Assembly (NCBI GenBank): GCA_902522525.1
Contig: CABYVU010000001.1
Coordinates: 76,376 to 140,375 of the forward strand
Direction: 5' to 3'
Source: an uncultured Pelagibacteraceae bacterium
Lineage (GTDB): Bacteria; Pseudomonadota; Alphaproteobacteria; Pelagibacterales; Pelagibacteraceae
DNA length: 64,000 nucleotides
Position numbers and translations under genes: made by a program. Numbering within the stretch: the first letter of the stretch is position 1; every line of letters begins with the position of its first letter. Under the pieces are notes generated by a model. It was not told the origin of the DNA, made no database searches, and saw only the letters and a list, made by a program, of their open reading frames with translations. This document shows, piece by piece, positions 20,604 to 31,700 of the stretch.

Positions 20604-21669
20604 AATTGAAAAGCGTAACGATGTATCTCGATCAATTTACTTTTTAACACCGGTTTTAGCCATTTTTCTCACACTTTTAGGTGGTGGGATTATTTTTTAT
20701 ATTTTGGGCTTTAATCCTATTGAGGCTTTAAAATTTTTTTTTATTACACCCATTTCAGATTTATACGGATTAAGTGAACTTTTGGTAAAAGCTACACCAC
20801 TTTGTTTAATAGCGATAGGTTTATCTTTTTGTTTTAAAAGTAATAATTGGAATATCGGTGCAGAAGGTCAACTTATTTTTGGTGGAATAGTCGGTGGCGG
20901 AGTTGCTTTGTTATTTTATAATCATGATGGATTTTATGTTTTACCAATAATTATATTATCTGGAGCAATTGGTGGAATGTTATTTGCAATGATACCAGCA
21001 ATTTTAAAAACTTATTTTAACACTAATGAAATTTTGGTCAGCTTAATGCTAGTTTATGTTGCAAAATTATTATTAGATTACTTAGTAGTTGGTCCTTGGA
21101 GCAATCCCGAAGGTTTTAATTTTCCAGAAACAAGACAATTTAGTGAGTCTGCAAGAATGCCAATTTTATTTGACGGTTTAAGAATTCATGCTGGAATATT
21201 TATTACTCTTATCACTGTATTCTTAAGCTGGCTTATATTGTACAAAACTTATTTAGGTTTTCAAATAAAAGTTTCAGGCTTAAGTTTAAAAACTGCTAAA
21301 TATGCAGGGTACAAAGGTAAGACAATGATTATTATTGTTTTTATGATTAGTGGAGCATGTGCCGGTCTTGCAGGTGTAGGTGAGATAACAGGACCCATAG
21401 GACAATTACATAGAAACATTTCTCCTGATTATGGCTTCACAGCAATAATTGTTGCTTTTTTAGGAAGACTAAATCCAGTTGGAATTATATTTGCTTCACT
21501 AATTGTTGCTCTAACTTATTTAGGTGCAGAAACAGCACAGATTTTTTTACAAGTACCCAAATATACAGGTCAAGTTTTTCAGGGAATGATTTTATTCTTT
21601 CTTCTTGGATCTGATTACTTACTATTTTTTAAAATAAAATTTTTAGGTCTTAAAAAAAATGAGCTTTGA
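20596..21669 (+). CDS. Nucleoside/purine ABC transporter permease 1
   Basis: WNIGAEGQ, NEILVSLML and GFTAIIVAFLGRLNP; TTG 20596 is the likely start. Confidence 0.9.
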   Translation: MIKIEKRNDVSRSIYFLTPVLAIFLTLLGGGIIFYILGFNPIEALKFFFITPISDLYGLSELLVKATPLCLIAIGLSFCFKSNNWNIGAEGQLIFGGIVGGGVALLFYNHDGFYVLPIIILSGAIGGMLFAMIPAILKTYFNTNEILVSLMLVYVAKLLLDYLVVGPWSNPEGFNFPETRQFSESARMPILFDGLRIHAGIFITLITVFLSWLILYKTYLGFQIKVSGLSLKTAKYAGYKGKTMIIIVFMISGACAGLAGVGEITGPIGQLHRNISPDYGFTAIIVAFLGRLNPVGIIFASLIVALTYLGAETAQIFLQVPKYTGQVFQGMILFFLLGSDYLLFFKIKFLGLKKNEL

Positions 21670-22591
21670 TTTAAATTTCATCGGTATATTGATTGGTGCA
21701 ATTATGGCATCATCGGTCCCTTTAATTCTTGCCGCATCTGGAGAATTAATAACTGAAAGATCTGGTGTATTAAATCTTGGAGTGGAAGGAATGATGATCA
21801 TTGGGGCAATTTCAGGCTTTGCATTGATGGTTATAACAGACAACTTATTTTTAGCTGTGATTGGCTCAATGCTTTCTGGTCTAATTATCTCAATTATTTT
21901 TGGTGTGCTTACGCAATCGCTTCTAACAAACCATGTTGCTACCGGACTTGCATTAACTATTTTTGGTATCGGTATGTCGGCAATGATAGGAAAGAATTTT
22001 GTTGGAATACCAGGAAAAGAATTTCCCTTATTATTCATAAATCTAAAGGAAAATTTTCCTTTTTTGGGACCAATTTTATTTGGGCACTCAATAATATTAT
22101 ACTTTGCATTTTTATTACCTTTTTTGACAAATTATTTTCTTAAAAAAACAAAAATTGGATTGATAATCAGAGCTGTGGGAGACTCACCAACATCAGCATC
22201 TAATCAGGGAATTAACGTAACTTTAGTGAGGTATAGTTGTATTCTTTATGGTGGAGCTATGTGTGGATTGGCAGGAGCTTATCTCTCATTAATTTACACC
22301 CCTCAATGGATTGAAAATATGACTGGAGGAAGAGGGTGGATAGCACTTGCATTAGTAGTTTTTGCAACATGGAGCCCAATAAAAGTTTTAATAGGAGCAT
22401 TAATATTTGGTGGAATAACAATTTTGCAATTACACATGCAAGCTGTAGGTTTAAGAATTCCAGTTCAATTATTAAGTGCATTACCATACATCATGACAAT
22501 AATAGTTTTAGTTGTAATTTCTCGTGACAGTAGAAAAATAAAACTAAACACACCAACATCGTTGGGACAAATCTTCTATAAGGAAAAGTGA
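21659..22591 (+). CDS. Nucleoside/purine ABC transporter permease 2
   Basis: ERSGVLNLGVEGMM, GRGWIALALV and LPY. Confidence 0.92.
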   Translation: MSFDLNFIGILIGAIMASSVPLILAASGELITERSGVLNLGVEGMMIIGAISGFALMVITDNLFLAVIGSMLSGLIISIIFGVLTQSLLTNHVATGLALTIFGIGMSAMIGKNFVGIPGKEFPLLFINLKENFPFLGPILFGHSIILYFAFLLPFLTNYFLKKTKIGLIIRAVGDSPTSASNQGINVTLVRYSCILYGGAMCGLAGAYLSLIYTPQWIENMTGGRGWIALALVVFATWSPIKVLIGALIFGGITILQLHMQAVGLRIPVQLLSALPYIMTIIVLVVISRDSRKIKLNTPTSLGQIFYKEK

Positions 22592-22678
22592 TGTTAGCTA
22601 TTCCAAAATAAATATTTTTTTTTATTAGAATCTTGCTTAGTTTGTAGTATCACAAAATTAAATTTAAAGGGGAATCAA

Positions 22679-23743
22679 ATGTATAAAAACTTTTTAAGAT
22701 ATATAATTTCTGTATTGTTTCTACTTGGCGTAAGCGGACAAGCTAATGCAGATTTTAAAGTTGGTTTTGTTTATGTTGGGCCAACTGGGGACCATGGATG
22801 GACATACCAACATGATGAGGGAAGAAAAGCAGTAGAAGCAGCTGGAATAAAAACTACTTATGTGGAAAGTGTACCAGAGGGTGCGGATGCAGAAAGAGTT
22901 ATAAGACAGTTAGCACAATCAGGACATGATCTAATTTTTACAACAAGCTTTGGGTATATGGATCCTACAAATAAGGTTGCTAAAGATTTTCCAAACGTAA
23001 AATTTGAGCATGCAACTGGATACAAAAGAGAACATTCAAATGTATCTACTTACTCTGCAAGATTTTATGAAGGAAGAACTTTGTTAGGACACATGGCAGG
23101 AAAGATGACAAAAACAAATGTTATTGGATATATTGCTTCTTTTCCAATTCCTGAAGTTATAAGAGGAATTAATGCTATGACACTGGCAGCCCAAAAAGTT
23201 AATCCCGATATTAAAACAAAAATAGTTTGGGTATTTACTTGGTATGATCCAGGCAAAGAATCTGAAGCTGCTCAAGCTTTAATTGATCAAGGAGCGGATG
23301 TTATAATGCAACACACTGACAGTACTGCACCTGTTCAAGTGGCTGAAAAGGCTGGAGTTTGGTCATTTGGTCAAGCGAGTGATATGCAAAGATTTGCGCC
23401 AAAATCAATTTTAACATCAATTATTGATGACTGGGCACCTTACTATGTAGAAAGATCTATCGCTGCAAGAGATGGCACATGGAAACAACAAGATACTTGG
23501 CACGGATTAAAAGAGGGAATGGTTGCCATGGCTCCATATAATTCTGCAATGGGAAGTGATTTAGTTAAAGAGGTAGAACAACTCCAAAAAGACTTAGCAT
23601 CTGGAAAAACCCATTCATTCACTGGTCCAATTTATGATCAAAAAGGAAACATTCTAGTAGCTGAGGGTTCTGTAGCAGATGACGGGATGTTAGCTGGAAT
23701 GAATGTTTATGTTAAAGGAGTAGAAGGGGATATTCCGCAGTAA
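22679..23743 (+). CDS. BMP-family purine/nucleoside substrate-binding protein
   Basis: Signal peptide; GFVYVGPTGDHGW, TTSFGY, FEHATG and PIPEV. Confidence 0.93.
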   Translation: MYKNFLRYIISVLFLLGVSGQANADFKVGFVYVGPTGDHGWTYQHDEGRKAVEAAGIKTTYVESVPEGADAERVIRQLAQSGHDLIFTTSFGYMDPTNKVAKDFPNVKFEHATGYKREHSNVSTYSARFYEGRTLLGHMAGKMTKTNVIGYIASFPIPEVIRGINAMTLAAQKVNPDIKTKIVWVFTWYDPGKESEAAQALIDQGADVIMQHTDSTAPVQVAEKAGVWSFGQASDMQRFAPKSILTSIIDDWAPYYVERSIAARDGTWKQQDTWHGLKEGMVAMAPYNSAMGSDLVKEVEQLQKDLASGKTHSFTGPIYDQKGNILVAEGSVADDGMLAGMNVYVKGVEGDIPQ

Positions 23744-23764
23744 TTTTTTTTTAAATTTAAATTT

Positions 23765-23792
23765 AAGGCCAGCTTAGTCTGGCCTTTTTTTT
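23765..23792 (+). terminator. Rho-independent terminator after the BMP gene
   Basis: AAGGCCAG-cttagt-CTGGCCTT followed by T tract. Confidence 0.88.
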
Positions 23793-23793
23793 G

Positions 23794-24315
23794 CTAAGAA
23801 TGTTTTTTTTTTAACGTTTCAATATCTACTTCATCATAATACTCTGATGGTTGAACTATCCATGGATCATTATCTAACAAAATTGGACAGAAATCAGGAG
23901 TAAAAGTGGAAGATTTTTTTTTCCAAAGACACGCTGTTTTAATTTCACTTATATGGTCCTTAACAGGTTCATATTCTTTAAGCCACTCTATACTTTTATT
24001 TAAAGTTAGTCCTGTGTCAGATAGATCATCTACTAACAATACATTTTTAAAATCTTCGTTTGTTGCAATTGCACTTATATCTCTTGCAAATATTAGCTCC
24101 CCTTGTTTATCTTGTACTGTATCACCGGAGTAACTTTGAATTACAACATAAGCGGTAGGTAATTTAAAAATTCTTGATAAAATATCTATAATTGGAGCTG
24201 CACCTCTCATGATACCAACTAATACTGTTGGCTTGTATTTTTTTTCAATTTCTAAAGCAAGTTTTTCGACGACCTTTTTATATTCTTCATAAGTAATTAT
24301 TAATTTATCAGCCAT
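23794..24315 (-). CDS. Purine phosphoribosyltransferase (Gpt/Hpt-like)
   Basis: GIMRG, LLVDDLSDTGLT PRPP loop and PWIVQP. Confidence 0.85.
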   Translation of the reverse strand: MADKLIITYEEYKKVVEKLALEIEKKYKPTVLVGIMRGAAPIIDILSRIFKLPTAYVVIQSYSGDTVQDKQGELIFARDISAIATNEDFKNVLLVDDLSDTGLTLNKSIEWLKEYEPVKDHISEIKTACLWKKKSSTFTPDFCPILLDNDPWIVQPSEYYDEVDIETLKKKHS

Positions 24316-24358
24316 AAAAATTTGGTATCATAAATAAAAATATTAAAAAAGGATAAAT

Positions 24359-24649
24359 ATGAAAACTTATTGGATTAGTCTATACTTAGAAATCTCAAGT
24401 CAGGATAACTTAAAAAAATATGGAAAAAAAGCTGTTCCTATAATAAAAAGTTATGGAGGAAAACCAGTAGTTAGGGGTGGAAAATTAAAGTCATTTAGTG
24501 GCCCAAACGTTGTACGAACAGTAATTTGGGAGTTTCCAACTTACAATGATGCCATGTCATGCCATGAGTCAACTGAATATAAATCTGCTTGGACACATGC
24601 AGAGGGTACAACTAAGAGAATAATGTTTCTTGTTGAAGGAGTAGAATAA
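24359..24649 (+). CDS. DUF1330 protein
   Basis: YGGKPVVRGG, WEFPTY and STEY. Confidence 0.85.
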   Translation: MKTYWISLYLEISSQDNLKKYGKKAVPIIKSYGGKPVVRGGKLKSFSGPNVVRTVIWEFPTYNDAMSCHESTEYKSAWTHAEGTTKRIMFLVEGVE

Positions 24650-24657
24650 GAACAAAT

Positions 24658-24685
24658 TTGATAAAGTAAAAATTGATTATATAAT
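24658..24685 (+). promoter_or_regulatory. sigma70-like promoter of the second DUF1330 gene
   Basis: TTGATA-N16-TATAAT; AGGA SD before the ATG. Confidence 0.55.
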
Positions 24686-24703
24686 GATAAATATAGGACA
24701 GTT

Positions 24704-24991
24704 ATGAAAGGTTACGTAGTTTGTGTATGGGAAAAAATTAATAGTGAGGAAAAATTAAAGGAATATGCAGTAAAAGCCAAGATTGCTGCAGATAAATACT
24801 CAGGTATATTTATAATTAGAGGTGGAAAAAATAGAACAAATGAGGGAATAAATTCTCCTAGAACAACTGTAGTTGAATTTCAAGATTACAACACAGCTAT
24901 AGAATTTTATGATTCCCCAGAATATCAAGAAGCGCTAGACGTTATTAAAGGGCATGCAGTAAGACATCATCAGATAGTTGAAGGCACTTAA
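24704..24991 (+). CDS. DUF1330 protein
   Basis: IIRGG, VVEF, FYDSPEYQEA and IVEG. Confidence 0.88.
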   Translation: MKGYVVCVWEKINSEEKLKEYAVKAKIAADKYSGIFIIRGGKNRTNEGINSPRTTVVEFQDYNTAIEFYDSPEYQEALDVIKGHAVRHHQIVEGT

Positions 24992-25611
24992 TATTGTATA
25001 GGCTCATCGTCTATGGAGCGCCACAAATACCAAGTAGCTACAGAACAATATGGGGAAAACCTTTTTTTCAATCGATTTACATAGCTCATGGGTGGTAAAT
25101 AGCTTTTTCTATAATTATTTGAAATAGCTCTAAGTAAACCAATATCTTGAACGGGCCATATATTAGATCTATTGTAAGTAAATAGTAATATCATCTCTGC
25201 AGACCATCTACCTATTTGTCTTAACTCGGATAAATAAATAATTGCCTCCTCATCCCCCATTTTTTTTATAATTCTTGGATTAAATGTTTTATTTACAAAT
25301 TTTTTTGCCAACTCTTTAATTCCTCTAACTTTTTGTCTACTTAGTCCACATTTTTTCAGCCGACCCGAGGTGATAGTATTAACTACTTTTGGATTTATCT
25401 TTCCTCTACATTCTTTTTTAAACTTTAAAAATACAGAATTTGCTGCAGCAACACTTATCTGTTGTCCAATTATACTTTTACATAGAGATAAAAAGATATC
25501 TTTTCTTGTTGTTAAGGTTTTATCTTTGTATTTAGAAATAAGTTTTTTCATTATCTTATCTTTAGAAAGAAACTTTACTGCCTTTGACCAATAAATCGGA
25601 GTTTTACTCAT
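24988..25611 (-). CDS. alkA: DNA-3-methyladenine glycosylase II (HhH-GPD)
   Basis: IIGQQISVAAA, GLSRQK, IGRWSAEM, WPVQDIG and PYCSVATWYLW. Confidence 0.9.
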   Translation of the reverse strand: MSKTPIYWSKAVKFLSKDKIMKKLISKYKDKTLTTRKDIFLSLCKSIIGQQISVAAANSVFLKFKKECRGKINPKVVNTITSGRLKKCGLSRQKVRGIKELAKKFVNKTFNPRIIKKMGDEEAIIYLSELRQIGRWSAEMILLFTYNRSNIWPVQDIGLLRAISNNYRKSYLPPMSYVNRLKKRFSPYCSVATWYLWRSIDDEPIQY

Positions 25612-26485
25612 TTTTAAAAATTAAGTTTGGTTTTTTTAAATAGATTTCTCTTCTAAAAATAATTAATGAGGATAACACTACAAGTAATGAACCCAATAAG
25701 GTTTTAAAAGATGGTATTTCATTCCAAATCAAATAACCAAATATAATTGCAAATACTAAGCTTAAATATTTAAGCGGAGTAACTAAAGAAACTTCTGAAA
25801 GTTTATAAGATTGTCCAAGTAATAAATTAGCAATACCTCCAAGTAAACCAATCATACACAAAAGAATAAAATCTATTAATGTAGGCATTACCCATCCAAA
25901 TGGAATTGTAAACAAACCTAAAATAGATATCGCTACTGAAAAATAAAAAGAAATAAGCCAAACTGGTTCAGATGAAGATAACTGCCTGATTGCAATTGCA
26001 ACATATGACATTCCTAAACAAAAAATTATTGGGTATATATAATAAAAATTTAAATTGGAAATACCTGGTTGTGTAATAATTATTACGCCTATAAAACCGA
26101 TCAAAACTGCTAGCCAACGATATTTACCAATTTTTTCTGATAGAAAAAAAATAGATAAAATTGTTGCAAAAATTGGCGCAGCAAACGATATGCCCACCAC
26201 AGTTGCCAAAGGTAAATTTCTTAGTGCAATAAATACAGATACTATTGCCATTAATCCTGCAGCACATCTAAAGAAATGTAATTTAGGTCGATTTGTTTTA
26301 TAAAAATTTGCGTAGTTTTCTTTTGGTATTAAAAAAAAAATTGGTATTAATCCGCAAATTCCTCTAAAAAAAAGAACTTCACCAACAGGATAATTTTCAG
26401 ACCATTTAACAAGCACATCCATCATTGAAAATGCACACACAGACAGAAACATGTACAAAAAGCCTAATTGATTTCTAGATAACAT
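25604..26485 (-). CDS. DMT/EamA family transporter
   Basis: About 10 TM helices; FAAPIF, LSEKIG..RW and IWNEIP. Confidence 0.9.
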   Translation of the reverse strand: MLSRNQLGFLYMFLSVCAFSMMDVLVKWSENYPVGEVLFFRGICGLIPIFFLIPKENYANFYKTNRPKLHFFRCAAGLMAIVSVFIALRNLPLATVVGISFAAPIFATILSIFFLSEKIGKYRWLAVLIGFIGVIIITQPGISNLNFYYIYPIIFCLGMSYVAIAIRQLSSSEPVWLISFYFSVAISILGLFTIPFGWVMPTLIDFILLCMIGLLGGIANLLLGQSYKLSEVSLVTPLKYLSLVFAIIFGYLIWNEIPSFKTLLGSLLVVLSSLIIFRREIYLKKPNLIFKNE

Positions 26486-26519
26486 GGATTAAATTATATT
26501 ATTATTATAACATTAATCT

Positions 26520-26963
26520 ATGGAAATAGCAGTCTTAGCTTTGGGATGTTTCTGGGGTCCAGAAAAAAAATATGGACAATTACATGGCATCTACAGAACA
26601 GAAGTTGGATATTGTGGAGGAAACACTCAAAATACAAACTACAGAGAAGTTTGTTCAGGAACAACTAATCATGCGGAGGCTGTAAAATTAGAATTTGATC
26701 CAAAAGTTATTACATACGAGCAAATAATTAAGAAATTTTTTGAATTTCATGATCCAACTACATTAAACTCCCAAGGTCCTGATTTTGGAACACAATACAG
26801 AAGTGAGATATTCTATCTTAATGATGAGCAAAAAAATATTGCGCAAAAAATAATAAATGAGGAAAATTTAAGGTTATCTGGAAAAGTTGTAACTAAGCTA
26901 TCTGAGTTGAAAAATTACTGCACTGCTGAAGAGTATCATCAGAAGTATCTAGAAAAAAGATAG
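26520..26963 (+). CDS. msrA: Peptide-methionine (S)-S-oxide reductase
   Basis: GCFWG, HAEAV, HDPT, QGPDFGTQYRS and AEEYHQKY. Confidence 0.96.
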   Translation: MEIAVLALGCFWGPEKKYGQLHGIYRTEVGYCGGNTQNTNYREVCSGTTNHAEAVKLEFDPKVITYEQIIKKFFEFHDPTTLNSQGPDFGTQYRSEIFYLNDEQKNIAQKIINEENLRLSGKVVTKLSELKNYCTAEEYHQKYLEKR

Positions 26964-26964
26964 A

Positions 26965-27780
26965 ATGTCACTTGTTACATCAGATTGGTTGGAAAATAAT
27001 TTAAATGACGTCAAAATAATTGACTGCTCATGGCATATGCCAGGGATTGATAGAAATCCTGAAGAGGAATATTCTAAAAATCATATTCCTGGTGCAATTT
27101 TTTTTGACTTAGACAAAAATTCGGATCAAGATACAGATTTACCTCACATGCTTCCTTCAAAAGAAAAATGGGAAGAAATAGTATCAGCAATGGGCATATC
27201 GAATACTGATAGAATTGTAATTTATGATAACTCAGATGTTTTAAGTTCATGTAGAGGTTGGTACAATTTTATTTATTTTGGTCACGATAAACAACTAGTA
27301 AGTGTTTTAGACGGTGGTTTAAAAAAATGGCTAATTGAAAATAGAAAAATAACAAGTGAAAAAACAATTTTAAACAACTCAACCTACAGAGCAACAGAAA
27401 ATAAAAATCTGGTAAAAAGTATTCTTGAAATAAATGAAAACATTGAACAAAAAAATTTCACAGTTATAGATGCAAGAAGTAAGGAAAGATTTGATGGGAG
27501 TGTTCCTGATCCTAGGAAGAATGTTAGAAGTGGATCTATTCCAAACTCTGTATGTCTTCCATTTAAAGAAATTATAAATACCTCAAACAATACTTTTAAA
27601 AATGTTAATGAGATCTCAGAAAAATTCAGGGAAATCATTGATTTAAATGATGACAAAAGAGTTTTTTCATGCGGATCTGGTATAACAGCATGCGTTTTAG
27701 GTCTTGCATATTCCCTTGTAAATAATACATATTCTCCTACAGTTTATGATGGTTCATGGGCTGAATATGGAAGATTATAA
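26965..27780 (+). CDS. sseA: 3-mercaptopyruvate sulfurtransferase/rhodanese
   Basis: HIPGA, PHMLP, LDGG, DARS..RF, CGSGITAC and YDGSWAEY. Confidence 0.93.
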   Translation: MSLVTSDWLENNLNDVKIIDCSWHMPGIDRNPEEEYSKNHIPGAIFFDLDKNSDQDTDLPHMLPSKEKWEEIVSAMGISNTDRIVIYDNSDVLSSCRGWYNFIYFGHDKQLVSVLDGGLKKWLIENRKITSEKTILNNSTYRATENKNLVKSILEINENIEQKNFTVIDARSKERFDGSVPDPRKNVRSGSIPNSVCLPFKEIINTSNNTFKNVNEISEKFREIIDLNDDKRVFSCGSGITACVLGLAYSLVNNTYSPTVYDGSWAEYGRL

Positions 27781-27782
27781 AA

Positions 27783-28703
27783 ATGAAAAGATCTACTAAA
27801 ATAACATCAATAATAGTAATTTTTTTTCTAGTTATTGCAAGTGTAATTATTGCTCGAACAATGATTGGAAACCATTTTAAAAAAAAATTTAGTAAAAGAC
27901 CCCCACCAGGTATTATAGTTAAAACAGTTGAGCAAAGAAAATTTCAAAATATCATTGAAACTTTTGGAACAGCAGTTCCAATTAAAACACAGTCATACAA
28001 TATTGAAAAATATGAAATTCTAGAGAATATAAAATATAATACGAGCGTTAAATCCGGTGATGTAGTCGCTAAATTAAAAAATAGAACTATAACAGCACCA
28101 TTCGATGGAGTAATTGGTAAAAGAAACTTTTCGGACGATATAAATGTTTCTGAAAGCTCTGTTGTAATAGATATTGAAGATGCATCTTTTTTATTTATTG
28201 ATGTTGATGTTCCAGAAATATTTGCACCATTTGTAAAAAAAGGACTAGGTGTTGATATAAAATTTTCTGGAAATAAGGATAAAATATATAAAGGTAAAGT
28301 AGATTCTTTGGCCAGTAAAATTGATGTTAGTAATAGATCTTTAAGACTAAGAGTTAAAATGCAAAATACGAATTCTGAGATTTTGCCTGGTGCTTTAATG
28401 GAGGTAACAATTAAATATAATGAAAGAATTTCGTTAGGCATACCAGATACAAGTGTAATCTTGGAAGGTAATAAAGTTTATATTTATAAAGTAGATAAAG
28501 AGAATGTAACTAACAGAGTTGAAGTTAAAGTTGGCAACAGAAACAAAGGATATCTAGAAGTGGAATCTGGTTTAAAAGAGGGTGACATAGTAGTTGCAGA
28601 AGGATTAAAAAAAGTAAGACCAAATGGAAAAATTAAACCCATTAAAGATGGTGAAAAAAAAAATGAGTCTAGCTGGGGTAAAAAAGAAAATAAAAGTAAA
28701 TAA
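27783..28703 (+). CDS. RND efflux periplasmic adaptor (MFP) lacking the alpha-hairpin
   Basis: N-terminal TM; lipoyl halves VKSGDVVAKL and ITAPFDGVIG adjacent; ILPG, IPDTSV and SGLKEGD motifs. Confidence 0.9.
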   Translation: MKRSTKITSIIVIFFLVIASVIIARTMIGNHFKKKFSKRPPPGIIVKTVEQRKFQNIIETFGTAVPIKTQSYNIEKYEILENIKYNTSVKSGDVVAKLKNRTITAPFDGVIGKRNFSDDINVSESSVVIDIEDASFLFIDVDVPEIFAPFVKKGLGVDIKFSGNKDKIYKGKVDSLASKIDVSNRSLRLRVKMQNTNSEILPGALMEVTIKYNERISLGIPDTSVILEGNKVYIYKVDKENVTNRVEVKVGNRNKGYLEVESGLKEGDIVVAEGLKKVRPNGKIKPIKDGEKKNESSWGKKENKSK

Positions 28704-28707
28704 TTAA

Positions 28708-31700
28708 ATGTATTTGACTGATGTTAGTATTAGAAGACCAGCACTTTCATGGGTATTATCATTAATACTTGTTGTATTTGGAACTTTTGTTTTTTCAAAA
28801 TTACCAGTAAGAGAACTTCCATCAGGTCTACAACCACCTGTGGTTCAGGTTCAAGTAAAATATGCTTCAGCCTCAGCTCCGATTGTTGATGAAGAGGTAA
28901 CACAAGTAATTGAAGAAGTCATAGGTGGAGCAGAGGGAATAAAAAATATAGACGCCAAATCAGAAAATGGGCAGAGCACAATAAATATTGAATTTGACAC
29001 TGATATTAACCTTGACAATGCAGCTAATGATGTAAGAGAAAGAGTTGCTCGAGTTGTTGGAAGACTTCCCACAGAATCTGAGGCACCAAGAATACTTAAG
29101 CAATCAGCGGGTTTTACGACTACTATGTGGCTAGCTTTGTCCTCAGAAACTTGGAGTGATCTTGAGTTAGGAGATTATGCAGAAAGATATTTAGTTGATC
29201 AGTTTTCTAGTATTAAAAACGTTGGCCGAATCCGAACAGGTGGCCTTAGGGAACAGAGTATAAGAGTGTGGATAGATCCAATCAAATTAGCTGCAAATAA
29301 TTTAACTATACAAGAAGTAGAGAGATCATTAAGAAATGAAAATGTTAGATTACCAGCAGGTACACTTGAAGCTGAAAATATAGATTTAACGATCAATATT
29401 GATAAATCATACAATGACTTAGAAAAACTTAAGGGGCTACCAATTAAGAAGGCTAAAGACAATATTGTAAGACTATCGGACATTGCAAATTTAGAATTAG
29501 GTCCTGTCACAGAGAAAGTTTTATTTAGAGCACAAAGTAAAGGAGCACTAAATTTAAAAACTATGGGAATAGGAATTTATGCAAGAAGTGGGGCTTCAAC
29601 TGTTGAATTATCAAAAGAAGTTGAAAAAAAAATCAAAGAAATAAGAAAAACTTTACCAGCTGATTTAAATTTAGAAATAGCTTTTAATAGAGCCACTTAT
29701 ATTGGTGAAGCGATAAATGAAGTTTATAAAACTTTAGTTATAGCTTTTATACTTGTAGTGATAATAATTTATTTATTTTTGGGGAATTTAAAAGCAGTTA
29801 TTGTTCCCGCAATAGCTTTACCCGTAAGTCTAATTGCAACATTCTTAGGTTTATATATATTTGATTTATCAATAAATATATTTGTCTTATTAAGTTTTAT
29901 ATTAGCAATTGGAATTATTACTGACGACTCGGTCATTATGACTGACGCGATATACAGAAGAATTGAAAATGGTGAGACACCTCTGGTAGCAGCTTATAAA
30001 GGCTCTAAACAAATTACATTTGCAATTATTGCAACAACTCTTATTTTAGTTGCAGTATTTTTACCTTTAATTTTTATTGAAGGCATTGCTGGAACATTAT
30101 TTAAAGAAACTGCAATAGCTCTATCATTTGCAATTGTAGTCTCATCATTTGTTGCCCTAACACTTTCGCCAATGTTAGGTAGTAAATTTCTTGATAAAAA
30201 GAAAAAGTCTAATTTCTTTACAAGAGGATTTGATAAATTTTTTCAAGGTTTTTTAAAATTTTACGCTGAAACATTAGGATTTTGGATGAATAAGAAGAAA
30301 ACAATAATAACATTTATAATTTTTATCGTAGTTGCATCTGGAGCTTTGTACAATTATACAAAAAAAGAGTTATTGCCATTAGAAGATCGTGGTGTTTACT
30401 TAGTTATAGGATTTACTGATGAGGGAAGCTCATTTCAATATACTCAAAAAAGGGCTGAAGACGTTGAAAAAAGACTTATTCCACTGCTAGATGGAGATAA
30501 TAGTCCATACAATAGATTTTTAATGATTGTTCCAGGTTTTGGTTCTGAAAATAGCTTCTTGATAATCTCGCTTTTAGACAATTGGAAAAATAGAAAACAA
30601 AATTCTCAAACAATAATGAGACAAGCAATTGGAAAAATAGTTACAGTACCTCAAACACTTGCTTTTCCAATTTCTCCGCAGTCCATAAGAGTTTCTAGTT
30701 ACAATAAGCCTGTTCAAATGGTTATTTATGGAAATACATATGAAGAATTAGAACAAATTCAAACTCAAGTTATTAGAATGCTTAGGCAAAACAGAAATTT
30801 ATCAAGATTAGAATCTGACTACACCAGAAATAAACCTGAAGTAAATATAAAGATTAATAAAAATAAAGCAAAAGACTTAGGGATATCTGCAGAGGCAATT
30901 GGGCAAACACTAGAGACATTGTATGGTGGCAAGACAGTTACAAAATTTAATAAACTTGGAAAAGAATACCCAATTATTTTACAACAATATTTAAAAGATA
31001 GAAAAAATAAAGAAAGTCTAAGTAAAATATTCGTTCGATCAGAAAAAACAGGTAATTTAGTTTCTCTCTCTAATCTTGTTGAATTTAATGAAAAGGGAAC
31101 TGCAAGTAAATTATCAAGATACAATAGACAAAGAGCTGTCACGATATCTGCAAATATAAGTGAGGGATATACCTTAGCTGAAGCAATTAAATATCTTGAG
31201 GAAACAATGACTAAAGTTGCACCTGACAAACAAATTACTTGGAAGGGTAAGTCAGAGGAATTAAAAGAAACAAGTAACGAACTTTATATAATTTTTGCCC
31301 TAGCTTTATTAACTGCTTACCTTGTTATGTCTGCAACCTTTAATTCTTTTATTCATCCTTTTATAATTATTTTAACTGTCCCACTCGCAGTATTTGGTGG
31401 TTTAGTATTCATATTATTTTTAAATTCCTCAATAAATATTTTCTCACAAATTGCACTTGTAATACTCATAGGGATTTCAACAAAGAATAGTATTCTTATA
31501 GTTGATTATGCAAATCAATTAAGAACTAAAGGTAAAGATATTGAGAAAGCTGTGAAAGAGGCTTGCAGTTTAAGATTTAGACCAATAATTATGACATCAT
31601 TAAGTACTATGATAGCAATGTTACCACTAGTTATTGGTAATATTGGACCTGGAGCTGGAGAAGGTTCTAGACTTGCAGTTGGTGCAACTATACTTGGTGG

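Noticed and set aside
22592-22678. Possible purine riboswitch before the BMP gene
   Set aside because: Only a 5-bp hairpin; no three-way-junction consensus
27944-28441. 165-aa antisense ORF within the RND adaptor
   Set aside because: Mirror frame of the adaptor with no recognisable domain
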